Of a stretch of 64,000 nt of DNA, positions 19,148 through 30,118 are shown piece by piece. Position 1 is the first letter of the stretch; each line of letters starts with the position of its first letter. The stretch is taken from NCBI GenBank assembly GCA_017935785.1, contig JAGBGU010000047.1:3013-67012 (forward strand), read 5' to 3'. This stretch comes from Bacteroidaceae bacterium. GTDB taxonomy: Bacteria; Bacteroidota; Bacteroidia; Bacteroidales; Bacteroidaceae. The notes under the pieces were generated by a model. It was not told where the DNA came from, searched no databases, and worked only from the letters and a program-made list of their open reading frames with translations. Made by a program: the position numbers and the translations under genes.

Positions 19148-21469
19148 TCAATGGTTAAACGCTAATGAGGGAACTGCATCATGCAAGACAATCATAATGT
19201 CCTTACTGCACGACGTGGCCGGGATTTGCAGGATAAGCTTTCCGTTCTCCTCATCAAACTGCAGCTGAGTCTGGTCCACCGCCACACCGTTCACGGTTAC
19301 AGTTTCGGGCACAGACTCCTGTCCAAGGAATACCACACGCCATGCACGCTCGGCCGGTATGCCTTCATAGCCGCCTTGGCGGGCAGCTATCTTCAGGCGG
19401 GTTTCGCCCTGTATGCGAGTTTGCGTAAAATAGGTATTCGCTACCTTGGCGTCGTCCTGGTACTCCTGGTTTGTTCCGTCATCTTCATAGAAACGTCCCG
19501 TTCCGTCAGCTCCGGGAACCACAAGCAAGACTATCTCGGACGGGGTGGTCTGCACCGTTCTCTGCACAGGATAATTGACGATTACCGAACCGGGACGGTA
19601 GTACAAGGGGAACTCGTCCGTAGTGAAACGGTCACGGAAGATGCGGTCGCCCTCTACCAGTCTGTTGTGCGTTACATCCCACCATTTCCCCTTGGGCAGC
19701 CAGATTGAACGCTCGCTGTAGCCCTTGGCGTCAGCCGGAGTATAAATGGGAGCCACAAGCATATCGTTGCCAAACATATATTCGTCTTCAAACTTGTAGG
19801 CATTGTTTTCCTCGGGCCAGTCGTAATAAAGAGGACGGTTCATGCCCACTCCCGTCTCGTAAGTCTCACGCGCCGCAGTATAAAGGTAAGGGAAGATGCG
19901 ATAACGCTGACGCACCGTCTCGCGCAGTTGTTCAAAGTTGCCGTACTTCCAGATGCGGCGTTCCAGTTTTGGGTCGTTTGTGGCATGGGTACGGAAAATG
20001 GGCGTATAGACGCCGAACTGGAGCCAGCGCTGCAAGAGTTCCGGGTCATTGTCTCCGCCCTGGTGTCCGCCAAGGTCGTGCCCCCAATAGTCATAGCAGA
20101 CATTGCTGGCGTTGCTGGTAAAGAATATCTCATAGCCCAGCATACTCCATGACGCCCATGTATCGCCGGAGAAACAAATGGGATAGCGGTGGCTGCCCAA
20201 TCCGCCCCAGCGGTGATAGATTACAGGACGGAGATGCGGGCGATTGCGACGCATATCCTCAAAGAAGACGTGATTGCACCAGAAGGTTTCGCCAAGTCCC
20301 GGCACATCCTTTGCCGTAAGATACTGCTGCCAGTCAATCCACCAGAAATCCACTCCGGTTTCCTCGTGCTCGGAAATGATGTTCTTGAACAGAGCCTTAT
20401 AGAAATCATAGTCCTCTATCTTCCATGGAATATCATCGGTATAGGACGCATCATAGCCCAGATCCTTCTTCATGGCCACATAATAGTCCTCGTGACGGCC
20501 CACGCCATCGGCGGGATGAAGGTTGAGAGCCGTTTTTACTCCGTGATTGTGCATGTAGGTGATCAGAGATTTGGGGCTGGGGATGAGACTTTTGTTCCAG
20601 CTCCAGCCGGTCCATCCGCTCTTGTGCCAGTCCATGTCCATAATAAGTACATCCATGGGCACATCGTGCGATTCCGCATCGCGTATGATACGCTGGAAAT
20701 CGCTCTGCGAATAGGCCCAATAACGGCTATACCAGTATCCGAAGATATACTTGGGGGGCATGGGTACGCGTCCGCCCACCTTTATATAATCAGCCAGACA
20801 TCCCTTATAGTCATGTCCGTAGCCAAGGAAATACCAGTCGGTGGCGTCCTTATCCACCGGTTGGTCCCACCACATAAAGCCGTCTTCATTGGGAGCCAAG
20901 GCAAAAGTGGTACTGCCGTCGCCACGGGTTGTCTTGGGGCTCTCATCAATTATAGCCCACCCGGCACGGGAGAGCAGGCCTTTCTCCAGACTGCCGCGCC
21001 GGGTATCGCCCCACGCCTGGTCCAAGGTGCGGTGTGTGCCCAACAGATTCAGCGCATCATCCTTTCCGGGATACCACATACACGACTGGCCGTTCATGTC
21101 GAAGGTTATGCAAAGATTTGCAGGCGTTTTGTCCGACGCCTTGGGAACGGACCTTTTCTTGTAACGCAAGGTCAGATGCTCTGTACGGATATACAAATAA
21201 AGGCCTTCTTCCTCCACCGTATATTCCGGAACCGGCAAACGGCGGTTTACAATGGCAAAGGTGGCACGGTCTTCAAACTTTGAAGTGTTGCTGTACTGAA
21301 TGCGGATCATCCTGCTGGTAAGTACCGTAAAGCGGACTTTTCCGCTTACCACCATGGCCGCAGAATCAGCCAAAGGATCACAACCTTCCTGTGCCGCCGC
21401 ATCTGTCATAACAGGCAAAATGCAAAGGAGAAAGGCCAGGGCTCTTGTCACAAAACGGGAATTTCTCAT
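19148..21469 (-). CDS. glycoside hydrolase family 31 (alpha-glucosidase/alpha-xylosidase-like)
   Basis: 773 aa with a signal peptide, a GH31-like catalytic region (VLIMDMDWH, VDFWWIDWQQ, CFSGDT) and a C-terminal DUF5110-like FYEDDGTNQEY. Confidence 0.75.
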   Translation of the reverse strand: MRNSRFVTRALAFLLCILPVMTDAAAQEGCDPLADSAAMVVSGKVRFTVLTSRMIRIQYSNTSKFEDRATFAIVNRRLPVPEYTVEEEGLYLYIRTEHLTLRYKKRSVPKASDKTPANLCITFDMNGQSCMWYPGKDDALNLLGTHRTLDQAWGDTRRGSLEKGLLSRAGWAIIDESPKTTRGDGSTTFALAPNEDGFMWWDQPVDKDATDWYFLGYGHDYKGCLADYIKVGGRVPMPPKYIFGYWYSRYWAYSQSDFQRIIRDAESHDVPMDVLIMDMDWHKSGWTGWSWNKSLIPSPKSLITYMHNHGVKTALNLHPADGVGRHEDYYVAMKKDLGYDASYTDDIPWKIEDYDFYKALFKNIISEHEETGVDFWWIDWQQYLTAKDVPGLGETFWCNHVFFEDMRRNRPHLRPVIYHRWGGLGSHRYPICFSGDTWASWSMLGYEIFFTSNASNVCYDYWGHDLGGHQGGDNDPELLQRWLQFGVYTPIFRTHATNDPKLERRIWKYGNFEQLRETVRQRYRIFPYLYTAARETYETGVGMNRPLYYDWPEENNAYKFEDEYMFGNDMLVAPIYTPADAKGYSERSIWLPKGKWWDVTHNRLVEGDRIFRDRFTTDEFPLYYRPGSVIVNYPVQRTVQTTPSEIVLLVVPGADGTGRFYEDDGTNQEYQDDAKVANTYFTQTRIQGETRLKIAARQGGYEGIPAERAWRVVFLGQESVPETVTVNGVAVDQTQLQFDEENGKLILQIPATSCSKDIMIVLHDAVPSLAFNH

Positions 21470-21667
21470 CTTAATATTTATCTTTTAGAACAAATTCTGT
21501 ACTAACTATGCCACAAAGATAAGTTTTTTTTCTGAAAGTACAACCCGCATTATGCATCTTATCGTTTTGCGTTATGCAAATCTGCAGTAAACTTTGTGCT
21601 TTTCCCTCGGAGCGCCATAAGGCCCAATTCTTTTTCCCTCCCGAGGCGCGAAAAATTCCCTCCCGAG

Positions 21668-21715
21668 GGAAAAAAGAAATAGCCGGGAAGGGAATGGAGA
21701 TTCCGCTGCCCGGCT
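21668..21715 (-). terminator. rho-independent terminator after the GH20 gene
   Basis: Hairpin AGCCGGG-N21-CCCGGCT at 21681..21715. On the minus strand it is followed directly by atttctttttt. Confidence 0.6.
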
Positions 21716-21741
21716 TGCATTTATCCGTTATGCCAAAGGGA

Positions 21742-23406
21742 TTATTCCAAATGGCGGCAATAGGGAACGCCAATGAGGTCGTAAATCTTCTTCAGACGGG
21801 GCAGACGGTTCTTGAACTGCTCAAAATCCTTCTGTTCGGGAAGACACCACTGCACTTCGCTGGATGCACCCAGACGGGGAAGAAGCTGATAGAACGCATG
21901 CTGGGGATAGGCCACATGCTCTGTCCACAAGTTTACCTGGGGACCCAGAATAAGTTTCTGCTGTTCCTGGGTAAGGCTGTCTGGAATAAGGGGTTCAAAA
22001 GAATACACCTTGCTGGCCGATACGATATAGCTGTCCGTGGTGCGGGGCTGCTTGCCGTAGTCCTTCAGCTGAGGATGATCGATATAGCTGTACACATTGG
22101 GGCTCATGATTACGCGGTGTCCCTGACGAGCCGCGGCAATACCGCCCTTGACGCCGCGCCATGACATTACGATGGAAGAACCGGAAAGTCCGCCTTCCAG
22201 AATTTCGTCCCAGCCGATGATGGCGCGTCCGCGTTCTTTCATGAATGTCTCAACCTCGCGATTGATCCAGCTCTGCAACTGATGTTCGGCAGAGAATTTA
22301 TGCTTGTCGTCGCCCTTTATGCCCAGTTCCTTAATCTTGGCCTGGCACTTGGCACACTTGTTCCAACGGTCCTTGGGGCATTCGTCTCCTCCAATGTGGA
22401 TATACTTTGAGGGGAATACATCACAAAGTTCGCCCAATACGGTCTTCAGGAAGGTCAATGTCTCGGGATTGCCGCCACAAAGCACTTCACGGCTTACGCC
22501 CCAATAAGTACGCACCGGATACGGACCGCCGGTACAGCCCAGATGCGGGAACACATGAAGGGCACTCTGCATGTGGCCGGGAAGGTCTATCTCGGGCACC
22601 ACATTAACATAGCGTTCGGCTGCATAGCGGACCACCTCGCGACAGTCGTCCTGGGTGTAATATCCTCCGTAAGGCACACCGTCGTAAATACCGGAGTTGC
22701 CGGGACCTACTACGGTTTCGGCACGCACGCTTCCCATGGGAGCCAGGCTGGGATAGGCCTTCACCTCGAAGCGCCATCCCTGGTCCTCGGTAAGATGCCA
22801 GTGGAGCTGGTTGCTGCCGTGCAGAGCCATAACGTCAATGAACTGCTTGATGAACTCAACCGTAAAGAAATGGCGTCCGCAATCCAGCAGCACACCACGG
22901 TATTCAAAGCGGGGCTCGTCCTTGATCTCCACAAAGGGCAGTTCCACCCCGGTTCCCTTTACCACGGGAAGAGCCTTGCGCAGCGTCTGGGCGGCACGGA
23001 ACAGTCCCACCGGCTTGCGGGCGCGGATGTCCAGTCCCTTTTTGTCCACCTTGATTACATAGGCTTCCTTCTGCTGTTCTGTCAGTTCCGCCTCCGATTC
23101 ATCCTTTGAGGCAGGATAATCCAGGGACAGGCGGACAGCCGCCTTCTTATCTTCCGGAGTCAGTCTCAGGCGAATGCCAGTCATATCCTCAACCCACTGG
23201 CAGAGGAACTGCACGTTACGGAATACCTCGGGGTCTGCGGCATCGTAGGCCACACCCATTCCCTGCTGAAGCGTAAACACTTGTGTAGAATCCTCCTTCA
23301 CTTCCTTGGGAAGAGGGATTACATCATAATCGGCGCGCTCCGTCTTGGCCATGGCATTACCGGCCAAAACCAGGAGCACTAAAAACAATGGAAAAATTTT
23401 CTTCAT
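21742..23406 (-). CDS. glycoside hydrolase family 20 beta-N-acetylhexosaminidase
   Basis: 554 aa with a signal peptide and GH20 motifs (LHWHLTEDQGWRFE, IHIGGDECP). Confidence 0.85.
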   Translation of the reverse strand: MKKIFPLFLVLLVLAGNAMAKTERADYDVIPLPKEVKEDSTQVFTLQQGMGVAYDAADPEVFRNVQFLCQWVEDMTGIRLRLTPEDKKAAVRLSLDYPASKDESEAELTEQQKEAYVIKVDKKGLDIRARKPVGLFRAAQTLRKALPVVKGTGVELPFVEIKDEPRFEYRGVLLDCGRHFFTVEFIKQFIDVMALHGSNQLHWHLTEDQGWRFEVKAYPSLAPMGSVRAETVVGPGNSGIYDGVPYGGYYTQDDCREVVRYAAERYVNVVPEIDLPGHMQSALHVFPHLGCTGGPYPVRTYWGVSREVLCGGNPETLTFLKTVLGELCDVFPSKYIHIGGDECPKDRWNKCAKCQAKIKELGIKGDDKHKFSAEHQLQSWINREVETFMKERGRAIIGWDEILEGGLSGSSIVMSWRGVKGGIAAARQGHRVIMSPNVYSYIDHPQLKDYGKQPRTTDSYIVSASKVYSFEPLIPDSLTQEQQKLILGPQVNLWTEHVAYPQHAFYQLLPRLGASSEVQWCLPEQKDFEQFKNRLPRLKKIYDLIGVPYCRHLE

Positions 23407-23627
23407 GAACTTTTATCTTTTTATAACTATGTTCGGAATGTCCAGCCGCAAAAGTAAGAAAAAATCACCGATTTACGATGCAGATTCATAACTTTTTAAT
23501 AGAATAGCCGCACAGAAAGGCTGTATTCGGCCATTCATCTCGCACTTAGTTTGGATAAGAAGGAAAAAATAAGTATTTTTGTATCGGCAACACAACATTA
23601 ACAGCAATCAAATCTTTTGTAAGAGAT

Positions 23628-26600
23628 ATGAATACCGTTTTTCCGAAAATTGACTGTTTCATCCCCTGGACCGATGATGACCAGGCTTGTGAAACCATAG
23701 CCCAGCTGAGCGCAGACGAACACGTAGCCGCCATACACTACCTGAAAGAGGAGGGTGGCACCGGCAGCACACGGACTATCCGCCACATTGCGCAACTGGC
23801 TTCAGCGCCTTACATATTATTATATACAAAATATGACACGCTAAAACTGGGATTCCACGCCCTGCACCGCCTGCTTTCCGTGGCGGAAGACAGCAAAGGG
23901 GCCATGTGGTATGCCGACCACTATATTGTCACGCCAGACGGGGAGCGCCGCGCCATGCCGCTGATAGATTATCAGGAGGGTTCCGTGCGCGACGACTTCC
24001 AAATGGGTTCCGTACTGCTCATCAAGACAGAAGCGCTGAAGGAATACGTCAGCCAGGACCATCTGCACACCTACCAGTATGCCGCACTGTACGACCTCAG
24101 GCTTTTCATCAGCCGCCGTTCCCTTCCTGTTCACGTAGACGAGTTTCTGTACACCGAAGTGGAGCGCGACACGCGTCTGAGCGGACAGAAGCAATTTGAC
24201 TATGTAGACCCCAGAAACCGTTCGCGCCAAGTGGAGATGGAGCGTGCCGTCACCCGTCATCTGCGTGCCATAAACGCTTATCTGCACGGCAACGAGAACG
24301 ACGAGCTGGACCTGAAGGAAGGGGAATTTGCCGTGGAGGCCTCTGTCGTCATACCCGTGCGCAACCGTGTCCGCACCATTGAAGATGCCATCAGAAGCGT
24401 GCTGGAACAGGAGACCAGCTTCCCCTTCAACCTGATTGTCGTGGACAACGGCAGTACAGACGGCACCACGGAGGCCATAGACAAATATGCCGAAGACAAA
24501 CGCGTAATACACATCATACCGGAACGCGACGACCTGGGCATTGGCGGATGCTGGAACATGGCCGTGCATCATCCCCAGGCCGGACGCTTTGTTGTGCAGC
24601 TGGACAGCGACGACCTGTACAGCGGCAGACAGACGCTGCAACGCATTGTGGATGCCTTTTACGAACAGAAGGCCGTTATGGTTATCGGGGCTTACCGGAT
24701 GTGCAACTTCCAGCTGGAGACGCTGCCCCCGGGCCTCATCGACCACCGCGAATGGACTCCGCAGAACGGCCGCAACAATGCGCTCCGCATTAACGGACTG
24801 GGGGCGCCGCGCGCATTCTTCACCCCCCTGCTGCGCAAGATTCACATCCCCAACACCAGTTATGGAGAAGACTATGCCCTGGGGCTGATGATAAGCCGCC
24901 GCTACCGGATTGGGCGCATCTATGACGAGCTGTATCTGTGCCGCCGGTGGGAGGGCAACAGCGACGCCGCGCTGAGCCAGGACAAGATAAACAGGAACAA
25001 CCTGTACAAGGACCATCTGCGCACCTTGGAAATCCGCGCGCGCCAACAGCTGAACAAGAAATGGCAGCACCATGTAGACACGGACGAGATGAAGGCGTTC
25101 TTCAGCCAGGAAACGGAAAACTGGCCGCTTGCCGCGCAGAACTACAAGGCCATCGGCAATATCCGCACCAAGGAACTGCACATAGGCGACCGCTCACTGC
25201 AGGCCCAGTGGAACCCGGCACGCATCGTCAGCACAGGAGCGAAAACCGATGCTAAGAGCATTGCCGAACGCCCCTGTTTCCTCTGCGACCTGAACCGTCC
25301 CAAGGAGCAGCATTCGCTGATGGTGGAGAAGCATTATCAGATTCTGGTAAACCCCTTCCCCATTCTGCCGGAACACTTTACCATCCCTACACGCAGACAC
25401 ACACCGCAAAGCATCTACAGCCACTTCAACACCATGCGCCGCATGGCCTGGGACATGAACGGCTACATCATATTCTACAACGGACCGATGTGCGGCGCCT
25501 CGTGCCCCGACCACATGCACCTGCAGGCCGGAAGCCGCGGTCTGGTCCCCATTGAGCGCGACTGGGACATGTACCAGCAACGGCTGGAAAAGCTCTACCC
25601 CCTTACCGGAAAGGAAGCGGCGTCCATGGAGGAAGCCGGCTATGTGGGTTCGCAGTGCGGACTGTACATCCTGCACGACTATCCCTGCCCGGTATTTGTC
25701 ATCAGAAGCATGCCCACCGAGACGGACAGCATCCTGTGCCAACGCATCTACAAGGCCTTGCCCACAACAGAAGGCGAGGAAGAGCCGCGCATGAACCTGA
25801 TTGCCTGGCACCAGGAGGGCGGTGCGGGCAAACCCGATGAAATCATCACACTGATTTTCCCACGGTCTAAGCACAGGCCCGACTGCTACTATGCCGAAGG
25901 GGATGAGAAGCTGCTCATCAGTCCGGGAGCGCTGGACATGGGCGGACTCTTCATCACACCGCGCGAGGAAGACTTCAACAAGATAACGCCGGAAACCGCG
26001 GCAAGCATCCTGAAGGAAGTGACCTTGGATGACGACCGGCTGGAAGAGGTGATACACAAGATCAAGGACAGGCCGAAGCAGGAGGCGCAGGCCGAGGAGG
26101 ACACCCCACAGAGCATACTGGAAAACGCCACGGAGCCCGTGGTGAAAGTGGGGCTGATGTCCGCCACCCACATAGCCTTCCAGCTGCAAGGCCACTACAA
26201 GGCCAAAGGCAACCAAGTGAGCGGTCTGCAGACCGTGCAGTACCACGAGGGCAGCATCATGTGGAACGGCAGCCTCTACCACCACCTTACCTTCCACCCC
26301 TTGCAGGAAGATTCCGCCTTCTCGCTGCAGCAAGTGACCATAGGCAAGCAGTTCCACTGGGAGCGCACCGAGACACAGACCTTCCGCGGCGCGCTGCGTC
26401 TGATCGTTGACGAGGAGAAGATTCTGGCCATCAACGAGATTCCGATGGAGGAATACCTGACCAGCGTAATCAGCAGCGAGATGAAAGCCACCTGCAGCCT
26501 GGAATTCCTGAAGGCGTCGGCCGTTATCAGCCGCAGCTGGATTATGGCGCAGCTTGAACACCGCCGCCGGCACGAAGGGCAGCACAACACGTTCTTCTCC

Positions 26601-27362
26601 TTCAGCAAGTCGGACAACGAGCTGGTGCGCTGGCACGACCGCGAGGAGCACACCCTCTTTGACGTGTGCGCCGATGACCACTGCCAGCGCTATCAGGGCA
26701 TAACACGCTCCTTCAGCCCGCAAGTGAAACAGGCTGTCGAGGCCACACGCGGACAGATTCTCATGAACGGCGGCGAAGTGTGCGACGCCCGATTCGGCAA
26801 ATGTTGCGGCGGCCGCACCAACACCTACCGCTACTGCTGGGACAACAAGGACCTGCCCTATCTGCAACACGTGGACGACCCCTATTGCAGCCAGGCCACG
26901 CCCGAGGTGCTGGACCAGGTGCTGAACGACTATGACCGCGAGACCACCGACTTCCTGGAGTGGACAGTGGAATACAGCCAACAGGAAATGCAGGAGCTGA
27001 TCAGCGAAAACCTCCGCCCGGATCTTGGCCAGATTGTGGACTTCCAGGATGTGGAGCGCAGCCCGAGCGGACACCTGAGCAAACTCAAGATTGTGGGAAC
27101 GCAAAAGGAATTTACCATAGGGAAGGAACTTGAGATACGCCGCACGCTCAGCCGCACCCATCTGAAGAGCAGCGCCTTCCGCGTGGAATGCCTGGACATT
27201 GCGGACGGCATTCCGCAACGGTTCCGTCTCTGCGGCCGCGGATGGGGCCACGGTGTGGGCATGTGCCAGATTGGCGCCGCCGTAATGGGCGAGCAGGGAC
27301 ACAAGTTCCAGTCCATCCTACATTATTACTATAAGGAAGCAGAAATCAGGAAAATCTATTAG
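23628..27362 (+). CDS. multidomain fusion: N-terminal uncharacterised region + GT2 glycosyltransferase + DUF4922/HIT-like (GalT-type HxHxQ) + SpoIID/LytB domain
   Basis: 1244 aa. The GT2 part has [45 protein letters not shown]. The HIT-like part has [35 protein letters not shown]. The SpoIID-type part has [11 protein letters not shown] and [11 protein letters not shown]. Confidence 0.7.
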   Translation: MNTVFPKIDCFIPWTDDDQACETIAQLSADEHVAAIHYLKEEGGTGSTRTIRHIAQLASAPYILLYTKYDTLKLGFHALHRLLSVAEDSKGAMWYADHYIVTPDGERRAMPLIDYQEGSVRDDFQMGSVLLIKTEALKEYVSQDHLHTYQYAALYDLRLFISRRSLPVHVDEFLYTEVERDTRLSGQKQFDYVDPRNRSRQVEMERAVTRHLRAINAYLHGNENDELDLKEGEFAVEASVVIPVRNRVRTIEDAIRSVLEQETSFPFNLIVVDNGSTDGTTEAIDKYAEDKRVIHIIPERDDLGIGGCWNMAVHHPQAGRFVVQLDSDDLYSGRQTLQRIVDAFYEQKAVMVIGAYRMCNFQLETLPPGLIDHREWTPQNGRNNALRINGLGAPRAFFTPLLRKIHIPNTSYGEDYALGLMISRRYRIGRIYDELYLCRRWEGNSDAALSQDKINRNNLYKDHLRTLEIRARQQLNKKWQHHVDTDEMKAFFSQETENWPLAAQNYKAIGNIRTKELHIGDRSLQAQWNPARIVSTGAKTDAKSIAERPCFLCDLNRPKEQHSLMVEKHYQILVNPFPILPEHFTIPTRRHTPQSIYSHFNTMRRMAWDMNGYIIFYNGPMCGASCPDHMHLQAGSRGLVPIERDWDMYQQRLEKLYPLTGKEAASMEEAGYVGSQCGLYILHDYPCPVFVIRSMPTETDSILCQRIYKALPTTEGEEEPRMNLIAWHQEGGAGKPDEIITLIFPRSKHRPDCYYAEGDEKLLISPGALDMGGLFITPREEDFNKITPETAASILKEVTLDDDRLEEVIHKIKDRPKQEAQAEEDTPQSILENATEPVVKVGLMSATHIAFQLQGHYKAKGNQVSGLQTVQYHEGSIMWNGSLYHHLTFHPLQEDSAFSLQQVTIGKQFHWERTETQTFRGALRLIVDEEKILAINEIPMEEYLTSVISSEMKATCSLEFLKASAVISRSWIMAQLEHRRRHEGQHNTFFSFSKSDNELVRWHDREEHTLFDVCADDHCQRYQGITRSFSPQVKQAVEATRGQILMNGGEVCDARFGKCCGGRTNTYRYCWDNKDLPYLQHVDDPYCSQATPEVLDQVLNDYDRETTDFLEWTVEYSQQEMQELISENLRPDLGQIVDFQDVERSPSGHLSKLKIVGTQKEFTIGKELEIRRTLSRTHLKSSAFRVECLDIADGIPQRFRLCGRGWGHGVGMCQIGAAVMGEQGHKFQSILHYYYKEAEIRKIY

Positions 27363-27367
27363 CCTAC

Positions 27368-28324
27368 ATGAGAAAAACCATTGTTAAAGGGATGCTGTGC
27401 GCATGCGCCCTGCTCCCCTCCGCACTGACGGCACAAGAAGCCGCCGATGTGAAAACCACCAGTTATGACGGTCCGGCCATCGTAATGAAGCCTCACACCC
27501 TCGACGCACATTGCCTGGGCAAGCTGAAAGGGCAGGAGAAACAAAGCTATCAGGGCATGGACGTATGGAACGACTACATCTTCAGCTTTCAGAACACCGG
27601 ATACCTGTCGGTCTACACCACAGACGGGAAGACACTGAAGCAGGCGGTAAAGCCTTTCAGGATTGCCAGCCACCACGAGAAGAACCACTGCAACGAGGTT
27701 ACGTTCGGCCGCATCCGGTATGAAAAGGACGACCCCTTCCCGCTCATTTACGTGGCGCAATGCCAGCGGGGCAGCATCAACGGGCGCAAGGATGTGCTGT
27801 ACGTTGAACGCATCGCCCCCGACATGAAGTCGACCACACTGGTGCAGACCATCGTGTTCAAGGACCGCAACAAGCTCTTCGGCTATGCGCTGAACTGGGC
27901 GGTAGACGCTGAAAGAAACTATCTTTACGGCTACGGCAACACGGTAGACAACACCAACCCCACCAACCGCCACCGCATTGTAAAGTTCCGCATTCCCGAA
28001 CTTTCCGAATCAACAGACGGGATTGTTACCCTTACAGAGGAAGACCTGCTGGAGAACTACCTTATAGAGGACACCTACCAGGCTCCCTTCAACCCCATCG
28101 GGCAAGGGCTGATGATCAGGGACGGACTGCTGTATATGCCTACCGGATTCGGCAACGAGAAGTACCCCTCCGAGCTGTACGTATGGGACCTGGACACCCG
28201 CACCATGCGCAACGTGATAGACCTGAGCCAGGTAACGAAGGGCGAGCTGGAAGACTGTTCGCAATGGCGCGACAAGATGCTGATCCAGACGCAAGGCGAA
28301 ATGTACCTGCTGGATTTCAAGTAG
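27368..28324 (+). CDS. secreted hypothetical protein
   Basis: 318 aa with signal peptide MRKTIVKGMLCACALLPSALTAQ. It is beta-rich and I recognise no family motif. Confidence 0.5.
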   Translation: MRKTIVKGMLCACALLPSALTAQEAADVKTTSYDGPAIVMKPHTLDAHCLGKLKGQEKQSYQGMDVWNDYIFSFQNTGYLSVYTTDGKTLKQAVKPFRIASHHEKNHCNEVTFGRIRYEKDDPFPLIYVAQCQRGSINGRKDVLYVERIAPDMKSTTLVQTIVFKDRNKLFGYALNWAVDAERNYLYGYGNTVDNTNPTNRHRIVKFRIPELSESTDGIVTLTEEDLLENYLIEDTYQAPFNPIGQGLMIRDGLLYMPTGFGNEKYPSELYVWDLDTRTMRNVIDLSQVTKGELEDCSQWRDKMLIQTQGEMYLLDFK

Positions 28325-28349
28325 AAGTGCCGCACACGGTATACAACAA

Positions 28350-28386
28350 GGGCAACCCTCTCTCCGGGGGCTGCCCTTTTTTCGTT
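28350..28386 (+). terminator. rho-independent terminator after 27368..28324
   Basis: Hairpin GGGCAACCC-loop-GGGGGCTGCCC followed by ttttttcgttt. Confidence 0.6.
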
Positions 28387-28430
28387 TGCGTTATGAAATT
28401 TCGGAGCGGAACGGATTCCGCTTTCCGCGC

Positions 28431-29177
28431 TCAGTCCATCTTCCGCCGTGTGCGCTGTACGGTGCGCTGCCTGTATGCCGTCTCCGACTCGGCAATCGTG
28501 GCGTTCATCAGCGAGACAAAGCGCGTGGCCTCGGGGCTGGGATACGCCACGCTGGTGACAAAGGCTATGGTCATGATGTCGTCGAACTGCTCGTCCATCT
28601 CGGCACGCACGGCCTTTGCCGGCTCAGTCCTCTCGGCGGCACGCAGCGAGGTGCGCTGGCTGATCAGCTCGCCAAAGCGCCCGGCCACAGCGCCCAGCTC
28701 GTCCACCACATCAGCCAGGTGGAGCGTCTGCACATGGGCGTACATCCCTTCCGTGGTCAGGTCGGTCAGCAGCGCGCGTATCATCACCAGCTTCTGCCCC
28801 TGCGGCATATACTGGCAGCCCACATAGGGCTTGGTTTCCAGATAGAGCGCCTCGGCGGCAACGCGCATCTGTTCCAGAGGTGCCGAGCGGTTGGCGCGGA
28901 TGGTGGCCATCAGATAGACGACAAGCCCGTCCGCCTTGCGGTCCTCCTCGGCAATCTGCATCGTCTCAATCCGGGCGCGGCTTTCCGCTATGATGTCCGT
29001 CAACTTCTCCACATTGGCGGAAAAAGCGTCCAGCAGAGCCTGGCTCACGCCTATCTTCTCCGCCCCAACCTCCAAAATAAGCAATTTTGTGTCATTCATC
29101 AGGCTGGCATACTCCGCCTTGTTGAATTTTCCCAGTCTGACGGGATCAATTTTCAGATAACTTCCCATGTTGTACAC
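28431..29177 (-). CDS. hypothetical protein (helical; intact paralog of the remnant at 4596..4670)
   Basis: 248 aa with no signal peptide, possibly of the Bacteroidales DUF6261 type (recalled from memory only). Alternative start MGSYLK at 29168. Confidence 0.5.
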   Translation of the reverse strand: MYNMGSYLKIDPVRLGKFNKAEYASLMNDTKLLILEVGAEKIGVSQALLDAFSANVEKLTDIIAESRARIETMQIAEEDRKADGLVVYLMATIRANRSAPLEQMRVAAEALYLETKPYVGCQYMPQGQKLVMIRALLTDLTTEGMYAHVQTLHLADVVDELGAVAGRFGELISQRTSLRAAERTEPAKAVRAEMDEQFDDIMTIAFVTSVAYPSPEATRFVSLMNATIAESETAYRQRTVQRTRRKMD

Positions 29178-29274
29178 TTTTTAGCGGTTGAAACTCAGTC
29201 GGGCGACCTCTCGAAGGCCTTCCCATGCCACGAAAATATAAAAAAAATCTGAAATTAGACATTTAATCCGTATA

Positions 29275-29542
29275 AAAATGGAATTTCATTTTGAAATTAT
29301 ACTTTCGGAGTGTCTGAAAATTGAATTTCATTTTGAAATTGTACTTTCGGAGTGTCGGGAAATATAATTTCAATCTGAAATTTCACTTTCGGAGTGTCGG
29401 GAAATGGAATTTCAATCTGAAATTGTATTTTCAGAGTGTCAGGAAATAGAATTTCAATCTGAAATTGGGCTTTCACATAGTGTGGAAATGGAATTTCATT
29501 TTGAAATAGCGATTTTACATAGTGTGAAAATAGAATTTCAAC
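29275..29542. repeat. tandem array of ~6.5 copies of the same 42-nt hairpin unit
   Basis: The same GGAATTTCA-N3-TGAAATT unit as at 4775..5170, lying ~100 nt upstream of the start of 28431..29177. Confidence 0.9.
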
Positions 29543-30118
29543 ATAATACGCAGGCTTTTTTAACAGGAAAGTCATCAACTTGCCCAAGAAACGCCCTGTT
29601 GCCTGAACGGAAATCACCTCCTCACCACCGCCGGCAATCATTCGGACGTTTTAAGTGCCATCCTGCGCCCCGGGCCGCAGTACGGGGCGCCGCAAAAGGT
29701 GCACGATATTTCTTATTGTCATCCTGATAATGCGTCTGGAAGACGCGAAGCCCGTAAGGGCGAATAGCCGCGGGTTCTTGAACCCGTGGAAAAATTGATA
29801 AGGCAAAAATGGCGTCTGCAAAGACGCGGAACGGCGACGATCTTTAACATTGAACAAATATCGTTTGATGGATCCACGGTGCCGATTAGTGTCTTTGCAG
29901 ACGCCTTATTGTGCGGACGTGAGGGACCGAGGGCTTAAAAGCCCCCGGCTATTCATGTTCACGTCTTCCAGACGTCCATCATTCGGATGCCCTAAGGGCC
30001 GTCCTGCGCCCTTTAAGTCATCCTGACCATACCTTAATACATAAAAAGATGTTCTCGATGAGCGAATGCGAATAACTTGTTTGGTTTGACTTCGTTCTTT
30101 TTGCACACGGTTCAATAA

